A DNA stretch of 64,000 nt from Podarcis melisellensis (Eukaryota). The DNA lies in NCBI GenBank assembly GCA_964234715.1, contig OZ174277.1; one strand, 5' to 3'. Below are positions 11,162-25,254 of this stretch, piece by piece. A program made the position numbers and the translations under genes. Position 1 is the stretch's first letter. Each line of letters opens with the position of its first letter. The notes under the pieces were generated by a model. It searched no databases and was not told the origin of the DNA. It saw only the letters and a list, made by a program, of their open reading frames with translations.

Positions 11162-14100
11162 CGCTGCACCTGTGGAGACAGGGGCGGCCATTCCATTAGG
11201 AAGTGTGAAGCAGCTGCCTCAGGCAGTGTGTCTGCTGGAGTGTGTGTGGAATGGTAGCCAGGTGCCATAGAAACAATGGTGTGTGCTGCATGTCCTGCCC
11301 TAAACTAGTCCGCCACTCTCAGCATTGAAGATTCCACTGCCCGTCTGGTTGACTTCTATACATGCAATGGGAGTCGGTGCCATCTTGTACTTAACATCAG
11401 GCACACAAAAAACGCTTTGGGTCAGCCCTTACCAGCCCATTTCCACCTGATGGGGAGATCTGGCCTTGCTTCTTATGAGTAATTCCCATCCACCACCAGC
11501 TCTTCCAGCTGAGCAGAGGTTTCCAGGCACTATTCCTCCCCTCATGGCTTAGCTATCCTTACTTATCTTGTAAAAGCAGAACAGTTGCACACTTGGCATG
11601 GTATCCCAGCAAGGAAGTCATAAGACTCTGGCACATAACCAGCCAAATGAGCTGATGATGCCATATTGGCACAATCATTCTATAATTCATCAACACCCAA
11701 GGCTGGGATGGTGGGGGGCGGGGCTCTATTAAACTAGAGTTTTAAGGAAGTCTAGACTCTCCTTGTGATTTAGATCCACACACAATCAGTGTTCTAAACA
11801 GAGCCTATATTCATATATCAAACTCTTTATTTTCAGACCTTCCCCCAATGCATGGGCAGTGGAACAGCAACACTAGCCAGGGGCATGACACTGGGGGTAA
11901 GGCCAACAAGCCTAATTCTTTTCCTCCAAGACTTCATGGGGAATGCTCTAATAAGGCTTATGTCCGTTTTGAAAGAAATGGCATCGCATTACTGTTTGTT
12001 TCCATGCAGTTTGTTTCCATTGCAGTTCCACTTGTGCAATGGAACCCCTCCCCCCTCTGCTGCAGCCCCCCTCCTGCACCCACAGAATCTGCTTCAGGGG
12101 GTTGGGGGGGTCTCTAGAGCAGAGTTTGTGAATGCAAGGCGAGGAAGGGAAGCCCCCTTGCACAAGCAGAATTTCACTTGTGCAACGTTGGGGACAACTC
12201 AGTGCTTCTTTGCACTGATCACTGCCCAAAATTACTGTCCCATTTCTATAAACATAGAATAGTAGGATTTCCAAAATTTTGACAGGTCAGATTTGCATTA
12301 TCATGCCAACAGATGTCTCAACCTAGCAACAAAAAGCCAGAAAGCAATCTCCCATTTACTTCCATCTGCTGCATTAACACCATTACTCCTCCATTTTAAA
12401 CTTTGCATTCAAAGAGGTTGAGCTATATTTTCAGTTACAACGAGAAAAGCCCAGAATGTAACACAACGGATTAAGGTTTTGAAAATAGTTGTGAGAAATG
12501 ACATTTAAAAATCCAGCTTAATCGTTTTCTGTTTGCTTGCTATGTTAGTTCAACAATGACATTCAGAGTGGCCCTCGCTATTAATTTTATTAAAAGACTT
12601 GAGACATATTTAAGCCTTCATCTGAATTTCCACTAAAATCAGCAATGGCCACTGGGCAACCAATCATTCTATTCACAAGCTTCTTAAGAGATAAAGCCTC
12701 TGCTTGAATAATCTCAAATGAAAAACTAAGTCCTACATTTGTTGGCAATCTACGTTTTCACTGAAGGACATGGGCTAATGTACTCACCATTAGAAAAATG
12801 AAACACACAGCCCTACTCAGATATGTAATCCACAGGAGGAGAGAACATTTGTGATGCAAATCAGTTTCCTTAAACAATTAAATGGTCTTTTGTTGAACTT
12901 CTATGGATGCAATTATAACTTCTCACAGAGACAAGAAGAATTGACAAAATGAAAATGCATTTTCATTATGTATTCATTGCATACAAAATATTGTGTGGGG
13001 GAGGAAAACCCTTATTTTATTTTTTTAAGACAGAAAATAATTGCAGAAAGTTTGAGCTGATTCTACGGCAAGTAAAGCTCCATCTGTTAAAAAAGTTACA
13101 TTTACAGAATAAATATATATTGAGTAATAAAATCAGGCTCCAGAATTCCATCAGACGGCACCATCTTGATCCTAAGAAATGAAACCCAAAATGGAAATTT
13201 GTAGAGGAAGGGATTGAGACAATAGATATCATTAGATTTTACTGGCCAAAACTGGGGGAGGGGTAGAATCTTGGAAATTGTTTTGGTTCAATCAATAAAA
13301 GTCTAAAAATGATACATCTATAATAGGTTGAGAATATGTTACTATCAAGTTGGAAAAAGGAAGACCAACAGCCCTAGTTTTTGAGTTCTTGGAAAGACAA
13401 ACTCTGTGATGGAATTGTCTACAAACAGTTGATGCTCACATCACATGCATCTAACGCAAATAAGATTCTATTAACATTAATATGTCAGTTTCCAGTCAGT
13501 GACTGAAAATGGTTACCATATGATACGGGTCCTTAGAATCATAAACCGCAGAAGGCCAGCAGCCCTGACAATTTTTCTTGGCTACCTTTCAGGAGGAGGA
13601 GGAAGTGCTTGCTCTGAGCTTGTCATCTGCAAAACAGGTTCTCAATTTTAAGTTGAATCTGCATTCCTACAAACAATTAGTGATTCTCAAACCATAAAGA
13701 AGTCACGAGACTATCCTCAGAAATACAGTTTGAGCACTGAGATGTAACTGGTATCATTAACTGTATTGCCTAATTGTGATTTTATTGGGCTGTAAAAAAG
13801 CCCAAAGAATATTTGAGATGTGATATGCAATGATGTGTGTCTGCTTAATTTTCTCATTAGACATTCTAGAGAAGGCCAAATGAAAAGTACAACATGTATA
13901 AAACTACTAGCAGTAAATAAAACCAGTCCAAACTGTTTACACAATAGGGAGAAAGGAGGAAAGATCTACACTCTACTGCACTCATAAACATTCAAGTAGT
14001 GATCAGCTACATTTACAAATGGCAACCAATAGGTTCAGGTTGGTGTAATCCGAAGCAGGCTGAGTCTTAATGTGCAGGGCAAAAACGATGCACATTGCGA

Positions 14101-17100
14101 CAAAATTATATATAACACATATATCGATGAAGTCTATACTGTGTGTGACAGGGATTTGGACTCCCTGTGGAAAATTCACTGAAGAGATCAACTCAACAGA
14201 TTGCAGCAGTACAAAGGGCCCATTCAATGTTAGCAATTTTCAGGAAAGGAGTTAAAGATAAAATGTCATGATATCATAATGCCATTATGTAAATCCTTGA
14301 TGCAGACACATTTAGAATATTATGTGCTGGAAAACATACAAGAAAGGGAAAACTAAAACAATCCTAGAAGATGGGACACTTCCCAATGAACAAGATTTTA
14401 GTTGATGGGAGAAATTGTTTTGAAGAGAGAAATAAAAATCTGGATAAAGGATATATTTTTGCTCACTCATAGCAGAACTCAGCACCACTGAGTGGCATTA
14501 GATTCAAAGCAGGCAAAAGAAAATAAGTTTGTACAGCACAAGGATTAACTTATGGAATTCACTGCTAGAAGATATGGGGATCAACACTTGTTTAGATGGC
14601 TTTTAAAAATCAGGTTAGGTTTTTCAGTAGTTATTTGCCACAATAGCTTAAAATGCTCTCTTTTCTCAGATGCAAGGGACAAATGAAGATGTAGCTCAGC
14701 AAACTGCAACTCCCATTTCTTGAATATGTAATGCACAAACCTTCTGTGGATCTTTAGGCAAAAAATCAAAATCAGCACACTGTCTCTGGAAAGCTAGTTC
14801 TGTTGAACAAACACTTAGTAGGGTGATCATGATCACCTACACTTAACAGAACACCAGCAACCCTTTTTGCTTTTGAATAATCATAAAGGACAGTCCCTCA
14901 CAGAGTGTGTTGCAGCAGTCTAGACTTGAGATTATGAAAACATAAAGGAGGGTTGCTGGGCTTGAATCTGAGTCGCAGCCATCTCACCAGAGTTACTCTA
15001 TCAACACAACTTCAGGCTGCCTTTCTTCATGACTGCCTTGCAGTAATGCCCTTGTGACATACAAATTGGCCGGGGGGTGATGGGAGTTGGAATCCAACTA
15101 TATCTGAAGGGCCTAAGGTTCCCTACTACTGATCTAGTCAATATACTCTCAACATAATTAAAACCCCATTGAAAAAAGTGGCACTGATTTTTGCAGTAAA
15201 TGTGCAAGGTGGTACAGGGTGTATTTCTCCCTTGAAAGCTTTTCCTTGGCCTGTTTAATTGAATAGGAATATTGACATAAGGGAAAGTGCAGCTAATCAG
15301 AATCTGACTACCTTTAATGGAATCAAGCTGTCACCCCTTTCATAAATTGTCTTTTCTTTTTTCTTCCGTTGCTTTTTAAGTAATGTAGGCAAAAGTCAGG
15401 AGTCTGAGACATAAAACAGATACAGCACCAGTCAGCGCATGTGTGACCTATTTTAGCTTCTAAAAATGTATTTAATGCCAAAAGCTACATTAGAGAATTG
15501 AAACAAAAGCTAACCCACGTGCCACATAATAAGACACTTTTGATTATTCTCGTGTTTAGTCCCAACTTTCCATCCCCATGATAATTTCATTTGGGAAAAG
15601 AGTATTTTAAAGAGCATGCAAATTTGATTGCTAGTTGGATGGGAAAATTGACAAGGAGCCAGGCCTGTGTGGTCTTCGGAGGAACAGCAGGGCTGGGTTA
15701 AACGAGCAAAGCCCATTAGGAACTGATCCACTGCCACAGATGAGATTTGCTAGCATTCCACACCTGTAAATCTCAGCTCCTCAGCCTAGCACGAGCGTGA
15801 TTCTGTTCCCTGCACATTTGTCATAGGAAACTAAATCATTATCATATCACTCAAGGAAACTCACTAGACACTTATGATCCACCTCCATTTCTTGCAATAG
15901 TTTGAGCAGAAACAAACACTTCTGCTTTGCTCCCACCCACCCATGAAGGAAGAGTGGGGAAGGGACTCAAGAATTTCATCAGCTTCTTCTTCCTGAAAAG
16001 TAACAAGTCACCAGGAACTATTAGCTCTGCAGGATTAGCTCTCTGCTGGTGGTGCACTGTAGTTTATATGGTGTGAAATAATTGGGAATTGTGCGGTTAT
16101 GCATATGATGGATAGTCCTACTTTTTGGGAACGCATTTGAATAAGATTGACTTTGTTCCTTACCAACACTGTGTTTTTGATGCTATAGAGTGCATTGAGG
16201 AGGGCCAATCACCAAAGGGACATAGTGTATATTGGATGGGCAGGCCTCAGGCTTGTGGAGTCAACTTTATTTTACACTAGAACCCCAAGATTCACCAAGA
16301 GAAGACACTTAGAATTAAATAACATGGTGTTTCCAAGCAACTACCGGTAAGCCCAATAATTTGTTCTGAGTACCTGAATGGAACTGAGCTCACAGCCATT
16401 CCAGACATAAATCCACATTTGGTTATCCCAGGCTTTATTGATTTTAGCAGTATAATTGGGGGGGGGGGGAGTCACTGCTGCTATTGTTAAACAGCTGGGA
16501 GTCAGAAATAATTGTAAATCAACTGCAAGTCACCTAGATCTCTACCAGTAGATCCAGATCTATTTCTGCTGCCCATACCCAAGTAGCTCAGCTGGATAAA
16601 AAACATATGCTGAAATGTGGTGCATTTCAGCCAATGTAGGACTCCAAGATCAATGACCTACGAGTTTTCTTATGTCAAGCAGGGGCACCAGCTCATGGGG
16701 GCTGAACTCTTTTGGGGCCCTCAGAATCCTTTGCATTCAGAGAGCACTTTATTCAGTTTTCCTTATGTTTCCTTATCTGATACATTTCCTTGTTTCATGG
16801 GATCTTTCACACAACGGAAAAGCCACTCCTGGAAAACTAGCCGCATCTAGCAGAGGTTTAGTGCTCACTTCTGTGTTCTTTGTATCCAGAAAAAGTCAGT
16901 TTGCAACCTGGTTAACTGGGGAAATTATGAGAATTTTGAGCTGTCATTTCAGATGACACACTTTGAGGTAGTAATCCAGCTCTTTCTCGCCACTTAAAAT
17001 TTAGTGCAACATGATAGTCTATCAATTAAAAAGGGTCACAGTTCCCTAATGTACCAGTTAATGTAGTATAAAAAGAACGTTAGAATCCAGGATAAACATG

Positions 17101-19262
17101 CTAGCTAGCATTGTAACCAGGAAAACTAACACTATAATCCGAATGCACCCAAAATGTGACTAAGTGAGGCATGACTCTTCTCAGCTACTGCTAGTTTTGG
17201 AGGTGGACTTCAATCATTCAAGCACTGCCCAGGGTTGCGTGTGTGATTAAAATATGTAACAACTGAACCATTTTAATTTTTCAAAGAGCAGACAAAAAGA
17301 TGGCAGCATTCTTCTGCCTGATACTATTCATGTACAAATTATTCTGAGAAAAGATACATTTATAGATTATAGCCTTTATATTTAGGCTGACAAAGGCATT
17401 CAGGTAAATTCTAGCTGAAAGTGGCAGGAGAATATTATTAGTGCTATAAAGATAGGAAAATTTCTCCGATTGAAACCCTGAGCCTCCAATTCTCTATGGG
17501 GGGGGGGGATTATTTACTTCTCCATTTTGTTGCCTTACCATCAACTGAGTGACACATTTGGATACAACCCATAACTAACAGGTGATCATCCAAACCATAC
17601 ATTTAAAATACTCTTATCCCCCTTTAACAAAGAATCCTGGAAACTGAAGTTTTTTTAACAGAACTGGGAATTTTAACTCTGTTACAAACTACAGTCCAGG
17701 AATTAATAATAATTATTTGCCCTTTACCAGCAGATCCCAGGGTGAGTTGCAACAATTAAAAATTAAAAACAGTTAAAACAGATTGCAATTACATGAAAAG
17801 GCTTGGCCTTGAAAACACACATCTCAGGTGGCAGAGTAAAATGGTGTATCTTCAGCATTTGCCAATATCAAACAGAAATAGGTTCACCTATTTTGTTCTA
17901 CCAAGCAACATATGATTCCGTTGTTCATTTTCCCTTTCAATATGCATTCACAGCAAGATCCTGCGAGATACAGTTTATGTGGGATAATTGTGCAATGCAC
18001 GTGCAATCTGTCTCCAATGTATTGGTGTGTGTTGATTTTTTTATGCGTATACAAGTGGTCTGTTGTTTTCCGCATTCTCTCTCACTCAACGATGCTTAGA
18101 ACAGATCCAAAGGGAAAGTTAACTTTAAATGCTTTGCAAAGGGGATGTTCACTTGCATTCCTGCCTTTCACCAGGAAAGAAATGGATGGAAATTAACTGA
18201 AATAACTCCTGCTGCTGATTCCTTTTATCAAAGATTATTTGAAGTGGTAATGTCCAGTGGTTCTTTTTCAAACTTTCTGCCTTAGCAGACATTGAAACAG
18301 CCTTTGCTTTACACTGTCCATTTTAAACCAATGAAACAAAGAGCTGTACATAACAAATTCCAAAGCCACCCCCTTCCTGCCCCCCAAAAATAAAGTCCAA
18401 TAAATCACACATATCTGGATATACTTGGCAGTTGTATTTTAGCATTTCCAAAAGTTGCAAAAATAAAATATCAATAGGAACACACTATTATTCCTTAGTT
18501 TATGATGTCTTTCACCTGCTGTAAGCTACACAGGACAGATATGGAAGATCGGTTTCCCCCCCAATGGCTTTCATGAAGAAGCCCACAAATACTGGCCTGA
18601 TAACCAGTTTTTCCAAATTACCTGTATTGAGATAGGTAGGTTCCAGCTGGGGGTGGAGGGAGGAGTCCATTAGTGAAGCTGAATAAAACCATATAGGCCT
18701 TTGAGGAGGATACAAAATTATTATGACCTTTTCCTGTAACCCCAGGAAATATCAGCTAATGAACAAAATGGCAGAATGTTTTGGTCGGCTTTCTTTGTTC
18801 TTCCATGTAGCAATTCCCCAGAGCAGTTACCAGCAGCCTTGCACTGCAGGCTTGGAGACGAAGAGGAGACCCACATCCTGTTCCTGCATTTCCTGCTTGG
18901 GTAGAACGTCAACATGTTGCAAAGTGTTGCGCAGCAAAACCAACAGCTCCCCCTAATGGCCATGAATGCACATTGCACCTAGATTAATTATGTATTAGGA
19001 ACACTTGAGTCTCTGGGAGGTTAAAAAATATGAAAATATCGTGAGGGCTACCAAAGAAGCACACATGAGACGAAAGACAGAGAAACAGAAAAGCTATGAG
19101 GAATTAACATCTCGACCTCCAGAGGAAGAAAACAGACAGATTTGGAGGAAGCCCCTCCCTTGAAAGAAAAAAATAATAAAAAAATGTCCCATTGATTCAG
19201 AGTGCCCTCTTGAACCGGATTCAGAACAAATACAAACTTGGCTTACATAAAGGATGTATTTC

Positions 19263-19268
19263 TTTATT
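19263..19268 (-). terminator. Candidate distal polyadenylation signal (AATAAA) of SLC35F1
   Basis: Minus strand reads tgtaatgcctgtataatgttttcaAATAAAgaaatacatcctttatgtaagccaagTTTGTATTTGTTctg: upstream UGUA motifs and a downstream GU-rich element. A second AATAAA lies at 19445-19440. Confidence 0.55.
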
Positions 19269-20065
19269 TGAAAACATTATACAGGCATTACATTGCCACA
19301 GCCAGTCCATGTTGGAGCATGCAAATATCAAAACAGAAGAGAATTCGTTCAACTTCTCTGAACATTGTTGTTGGACATTGTTTCGCTTTTGTGTTTTTTT
19401 GGTTCTTACTTCCATTTGTAAGTGTCAAAATTAGTGTGCTTTATTATGGTATTTAACAATTAAAATCCTACCCATGGGGTAAAATTTGTATTTATAGCTA
19501 GCTCAAGAATACTAAATTGGTTGGTTTTTTGTTTTGTTTTTTTGAAAAAAAGAGAGGAAATACTACACACTTGTCAAAAATGTTAATGGCACAAGTTAGC
19601 AATATCTAAACTATACATTGAAACATCTTCATCTGACACAGTGGTGCAAAATGTTAATTGCTTGGTCTGCTGTGGTTGGTGATTGTGTCCTTTAAGTCTG
19701 TGCATGGAAGAAAAGCCAAGCTGTCCACTAGTTTTCATTCAGTATCTTGCTAATACCCATCCAGCACCAACAGGACTTGTATTCCAGGAATTGGCCTATA
19801 CAGTACTTGTGAAGTGATTGTTTTTAAGCTGGTGGTGTAGCTACTTGCTGGACAGAAAGACCTTTGCTGGTGTCCACTGCAACTCTTGGAATGGTAGGAA
19901 ATGAAACTATTTTTTTTTTAAAGTAACTTTCTCTGATGGGATGGGCCTCATTTTTAATTATATAATGTTTATAAATTTATATCAGTGTTTCCTTTTTTCT
20001 CCCCCATGTTCTTTAATCAGATACAGCAAAAAAAAAATATTGTTCTAGTATTGGACAGTATCAAC

Positions 20066-20265
20066 TGGGAAAGGCTCATTGCTTAGTAGTAGTACATACA
20101 AATTGCACGCAGAAGGTGCTGGGTTCAAAGCACAGCAACTCCAAGTAAAGGAGGTCAGCAAGGCTGGTGGACTTTGCCTGAGACCCTGGAGAGTTGCTAC
20201 CGGAGAAGACAATATTGGGCTCAACGGTATAATGATCTGACTCAGAATAAGGCAGTTTCATAAGT
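20066..20265 (+). mobile_element. tRNA-derived SINE, degenerate, antisense within the predicted SLC35F1 3' UTR
   Basis: tRNA-like head (gcagaaggtgctgggttcaa) and body cctgagaccctggagag...tctgactcagaataaggcag shared with 29940-30075 and 33400-33582. Confidence 0.7.
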
Positions 20266-23200
20266 TATGATGTTTCAGTGACATGTGCAAGAACACAGTT
20301 TGGCTAACTGAACAGTGCATTTCTGAATATTCCCACTTCCCTCCATACAGTGGAATAATTTGAATTATCCTAGAAAAATAGCTTCAGGTGGCGAGTTTCT
20401 AGCCATCTATACTGCAAAGCCTAGTTCTGGTAAATATTCTCATCAGAGAACTGATAGATGCCTTCCATATGGTTTGTTTCTACTGAGACTTAAATCTACA
20501 AATTAGTGTCATAAAAATGAAATGGGGGGAAAACCCATCTACAAGAACATTTGGCTTACAAAATAAATACTAAAAAATAAAAGTCCTCAGATACAAGGAA
20601 GCAAAATGAATGTTTAAGCAGGAAACAAACACATAAATTCTTCAAGAAATTGTTATGTCGAACGTGAGACAACAGATTCAGAGAAAGGTATTTAATTGGT
20701 ATAAAAGGTAGCAAAAGCAATGTGGGGAGATGGTGATGGCCACCAGTAGACTTCTGATTTGAAACCTGAGAGAACAATTAAGGCTCCACACCTGAACACA
20801 CCTGCACGCATCCAAGCCCTGTTCTTTGATGCACCTAAGTATGTTCAGAATCGAACCCTGTATTTGTAAAGACTGGCTTGAACAGAAGAGAGAATCCAAT
20901 ATTGAAGCTTAAACAAAGCACAAACTTAAGGATATATGCAATATTTAAGCAATGCCTAGGCCTTGTGTAGACTCTCAGGAAAGACATTCATGCTAAATGT
21001 GCAAATGATCACCTATTAAAACACCCCAGTCCTAAGCAAATGACGAGGAAGTTAATTTCATATAATTGTTTTATACATGGGAGACCAGTCCTTTAAAATA
21101 CAACTTGGAGGACCCTTGGCACTGCAGTGAATTTTGCCACTTAACACGTGCGGGTTTTTTTTGGGGGGGTGTGTGTAAAATTGAAGAAGACTGCTTGTGG
21201 ATGCAAGGCAGAAATTACCGGTTTTGCCACAGAATGAATTAGTCATATAAATGGCTCTGACTTACTAGTTTGGCCTGAAGCAGCCCCGTTTTCACACTGC
21301 TGCATTTTTCATGCATGTAAAAATTCACTAGTGAACATGTAGGCAAAGGCCTGATTGCAGCACTGTTGCCCACTGCCAATGGTCCTAATCCAGACATCAC
21401 TCCCTGTGGGTTCTTCTGTGTGCAGGTATCCAGTAAACTTTACTCTATGGAATCACATTACTCCTACACAGGATAAGGGAGCGGACACCTTCCTCTCTCC
21501 ATCTCTCACTGAGGTTATGAACGCATTCCTTCAGGTCAATGCCATGTGCCACACCAGTTTTCTGCATGCAACATTAGTTGCACACAGGGTCTTCCTGCAC
21601 ACAAGCATCCCTGAGTAATCATTTTCTTAACAGGAATCCTTCTTCTTTCATGGTGACACTTTTTCTTCTTCTTTAGTTTTCTCACAGGAATAATATTTTT
21701 GGGCCCATAACACCCCTCCCCAAATGCCAATCTATTCCCCAAAGGCCAATTCTTGTCAGAAGACTAGATTTCAGGCAACAAGGTTTCTACATACAGAAAT
21801 GGTTTGTGTGGTTTGCGTCAAATGTGCTGCAAACCCTGCTAAGAATCTAAGAAAGTGTTTCCTTGGCACTCCCCAGCTCATTTGGGAAACATCCAATTAC
21901 TTTGAAGTCTCATATCTTTACTCTCATTCCCTTGAGGTAGGTAAAATAGCATTTTCTCACGGTCACCAGTGAGGAGGCGAAGCTATAACTGAAGTTATTT
22001 GACTCTTCCATTGTAAGGAAATCTCTTGAAACACTTTCCTATTACTCAGGCACAGCTACCTTTCCTGTCTCTCAAAGAGAGAGAGCTCTAGATAAATCAA
22101 TGACTCTTTTGTTTTCAGCCGAAAACAAGCACGCAAATCAAGGTGAGCCAAATGAAATTTGCAGTGGTTTTGGCTTCATGCAGAAAGGTAGGAGGTTGTT
22201 CTGACTTTGCCCATGTCACAAGATGAATGAGGATCTTGCTGCCCTTTTCCCTTATAAACACAGCAGTCCAACTTCAGCAACCTTTGGGAGGACTAAAGTC
22301 CATGTGCTGGACTGGGAGCTGTGCCATCCTGGGAGCTGGTGCAACACTGGCATGCCAACCACTCCTCTTGTGTGACTTTGGGGTGTCTACATCACCAGAG
22401 CGGCATGGGAAGCAGCAGTTCCCATTCTACTGTGGGAGGAAAGGAGTAACAATTGCCTTTAAAAAAGCAAATATGGACCATGTTAAACTAAATCATTGTA
22501 CTAGTGGAAGCCACTGCAAAGAGTCCTGCTTCCCCCTCTCTCCTCCTGCTCCTGTGCGTCTTATGCCACCTGCTCTGAAGTTGGGGGAGCCTCCAGGACA
22601 GATTTAAGGGACATACAGGGAGAGGACAGGGGAGGAGGTTCCATCGCAGAAGAAAAATCCTTATGCTGCTAGAACCTTAGTGGTAGTGCCCTGTTGAATA
22701 CAACCCTATGTATATGGAGCCAAATATGTATTTGACCAGAAAACAACTGGCAGAGAACTGATCAAGTACTTCCTTTCCCCACTCCTGCTCCCATGATTAC
22801 ATCGAGATATTCTGAGCCTGATTTACTTCCCCCCCTTCAAATAACTAGTTCATTTTCACTTGGTTATGTATCTTTGTATAAACTGTGTACCTTGGGCCAC
22901 ACACAGGGATTCCCAACACACAGGCATCTTCTAGCATCAACAACTTGATATGCAGGCAAAGGTGCGGTGCACACAAATATTTTTAGCTTGAAAACTTGAG
23001 AATATTTAATTCCAAGTCCCAGTTAAATCATGGTGAATGGATTTTTAAAATCCACAAACAGCAGACCAAGAGTTTGAAGAAATATGAATAGTCTCCACGA
23101 GGGTGCCTCCATCAGAAATGTGGAGTGAAGCGCAAGGCCTAGGAACATGCAGAGTTCACAACACTGCCGGAGCCACCTCCATCTGGCCTTGTGTTCGCCT

Positions 23201-25029
23201 TGAATGCAGAGAAGTCTATAAAACTGTGCTCCCATTCTTTCTCCCCTTAGCCAGAAGACCCACAATAAATAATTAAAAAATAGAAAAAGGTACTTTCTTA
23301 GGACAGATTCAGTTTTCAAAGAGTAAGAAATGGGGATTGTTTCATTTTGTTAGTCTGCAAGATTAAGACACTGAAGAGGAAATACAATTTCCTTCTCACT
23401 GAATGGAGGACCTCAGCTACCAGTAAGGCGATTGTAAAAAATTTAAAAAGGTCAACGTCTCACTACTTCGCAATTGCAAGTACTTCTTTAAAAAGGGCAA
23501 AAATGTTTGTTTTTGACCTATTCCTAGAATAGAGATGGATATTGATAGTTGTCCATCCCCTGGCTTCCCAGAACACGTGATTCTTTAGAGGGTGGGCAAC
23601 CAGGTAGCTAAGACAGCTGAATGAACAAAACGGCACTGGGGTATAGAGGCGCTGTGATTAACCTGCCCTTTCCTGCACAGAACCAAGGTCATTGGAGAAC
23701 AGCTGAAGGGTGTTTGCGTGCAAGTGGGCCTACTGTACAACTGTGGCTTTGCTGAAACACTATATAACCCCTGGCAAAGCAACCTCCAAGAGGTGCAGAA
23801 ATATCCCTTTGTTCATTACAGAATCTCATCTTGTATTCTGAACATGTTGTTTCAAGTGACTCAAGTCTTTCTTTCTTTCTTTCTTGCATTAGCTGCGAAT
23901 TACCAAAGCCAACACTTTTTATAACCCCTAACACTACAGACCCTTTTCACTAGGGATGGGCCATTGCATTTCCACTCACCCTAAAAGTGCTAAGGGTTTT
24001 CCCCACCCAAGTGTTCCAATCAAACACCCAAAGTCCTGCAGAGCACCTGTCACCTACGCCTCTCCCCCAAGGCAACCCTTGCTCCCACCCTGAGAAAGAA
24101 AGGAAGGAAGTAGGAAAATGGTGGGAGCTCCCATTTATACACAGAACAAGGCCTTTTCTTTCCAGAGACCTGGGACTTGTTTGCAACACTCAGGATTCCT
24201 GGTGAGAACTGCTGCCCAGCCTAATCTTTACCCCTTGGGAGGAGCTGATGTGCAGAGGAACTTTTTCTGCTAAAGATCCTGGGATTTTGTAGTCAAGTGC
24301 TCTGCATGTTGACGGGAACACCCGCCACAGGAACCTCCTAATCACACCTTCTTCCTCAAGGGAGAGTTTTTGTTCGTCTGTATTTTGCCTTGGAGAAGAG
24401 CGGGGAGGTGGTAAAGGTGGGCACAGCAGGAATACTGGCAGAACTGAGGTAGAGGGTCTGTTCACAGCAGGAAATCCAGAATTTGAGCAGTGCAGCCTGC
24501 ACCCTGGTTTGAATTCCTACCCCACCCTGCTTTTCACATCAGCTCATCTGCTGAAGGACCCCTTGCCAGGAAGCTCCAGCACATTGCATCACATTATTGG
24601 GGGTTGTTCTACGCTGCATACTCAGTTCAGGTATGGCACTGGCCAGGCCAATCAGACCTCCCTGTTGCTGCCCATGACCTGAGTGTGCACCTTTGAACAT
24701 ACCTGCTGTGGACACCCCAAGGGTAACTTGGCAGTAGGCAAGCCCTCCTGCAGGAAAGTTGCCCACCATTGCTGAACTTTTCATTAAGGAGCCCTGATAA
24801 GTATGTGAGGAGCCCCAGCTTGAAAAGCACTGCCCTACACAAAAGACTGAGAGTTACTGCTCTTGGCTATACACATGTAGAAACAATAAAGTTTGTATTT
24901 TTAATAAGCCTTCCCTATTTGCTACCTTGCAGCCCACCTGAGTAACTGCATCCGGTAAATACCTTTCTCTATGAATGATACAGAGATAATGGAGATACAA
25001 ACTCCACTGAGAGTGGCAAGGGCCTGAGA

Positions 25030-25254
25030 TTAGGCGACTCGGACGTGAGGTTCTTCTTCCGTTTCCTGGCCTAGGCTGGTGTATGTTACTGACGGTTCCA
25101 GCTGCCCAGAGGCTGGCAAGTCTACAACAGGACCCGAAGGGTTTCGAAACTGCTTGTACACCCGTGGGTCTTGGGCAACATACGTGGACGTTGAGGAGTA
25201 CAGCACCAGCCCCACAAGGATTGTGAAGAACGACAGAAGATATAGTCCTGAAAA
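25030..25254 (-). CDS. SLC35F1: SLC35F1 terminal coding exon: FSGLYLLSFFTILVGLVLYSSTSTYVAQDPRVYKQFRNPSGPVVDLPASGQLEPSVTYTSLGQETEEEPHVRVA*
   Basis: Acceptor ctgtttag|TTT, TAA stop at 25032-25030; the C-terminus EEEPHVRVA is characteristic of SLC35F1. Confidence 0.96.
   Translation of the reverse strand, partial: FSGLYLLSFFTILVGLVLYSSTSTYVAQDPRVYKQFRNPSGPVVDLPASGQLEPSVTYTSLGQETEEEPHVRVA

Larger units (their letters stand above)
19245..25029 (-). other. SLC35F1: Probable long (~5.8 kb) 3' UTR of SLC35F1
   Basis: Follows the stop codon, is comparatively repeat-poor, and ends at a minus-strand AATAAA (19268-19263) followed by a U/GU-rich stretch. The end point is inferred. Confidence 0.55.

Noticed and set aside
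36-24842. Many 60-150 aa ORFs in the ORF track left of the SLC35F1 stop, and similar intronic ORFs
   Set aside because: No recognisable domains, many non-ATG starts, no consistent splice structure; expected by chance.
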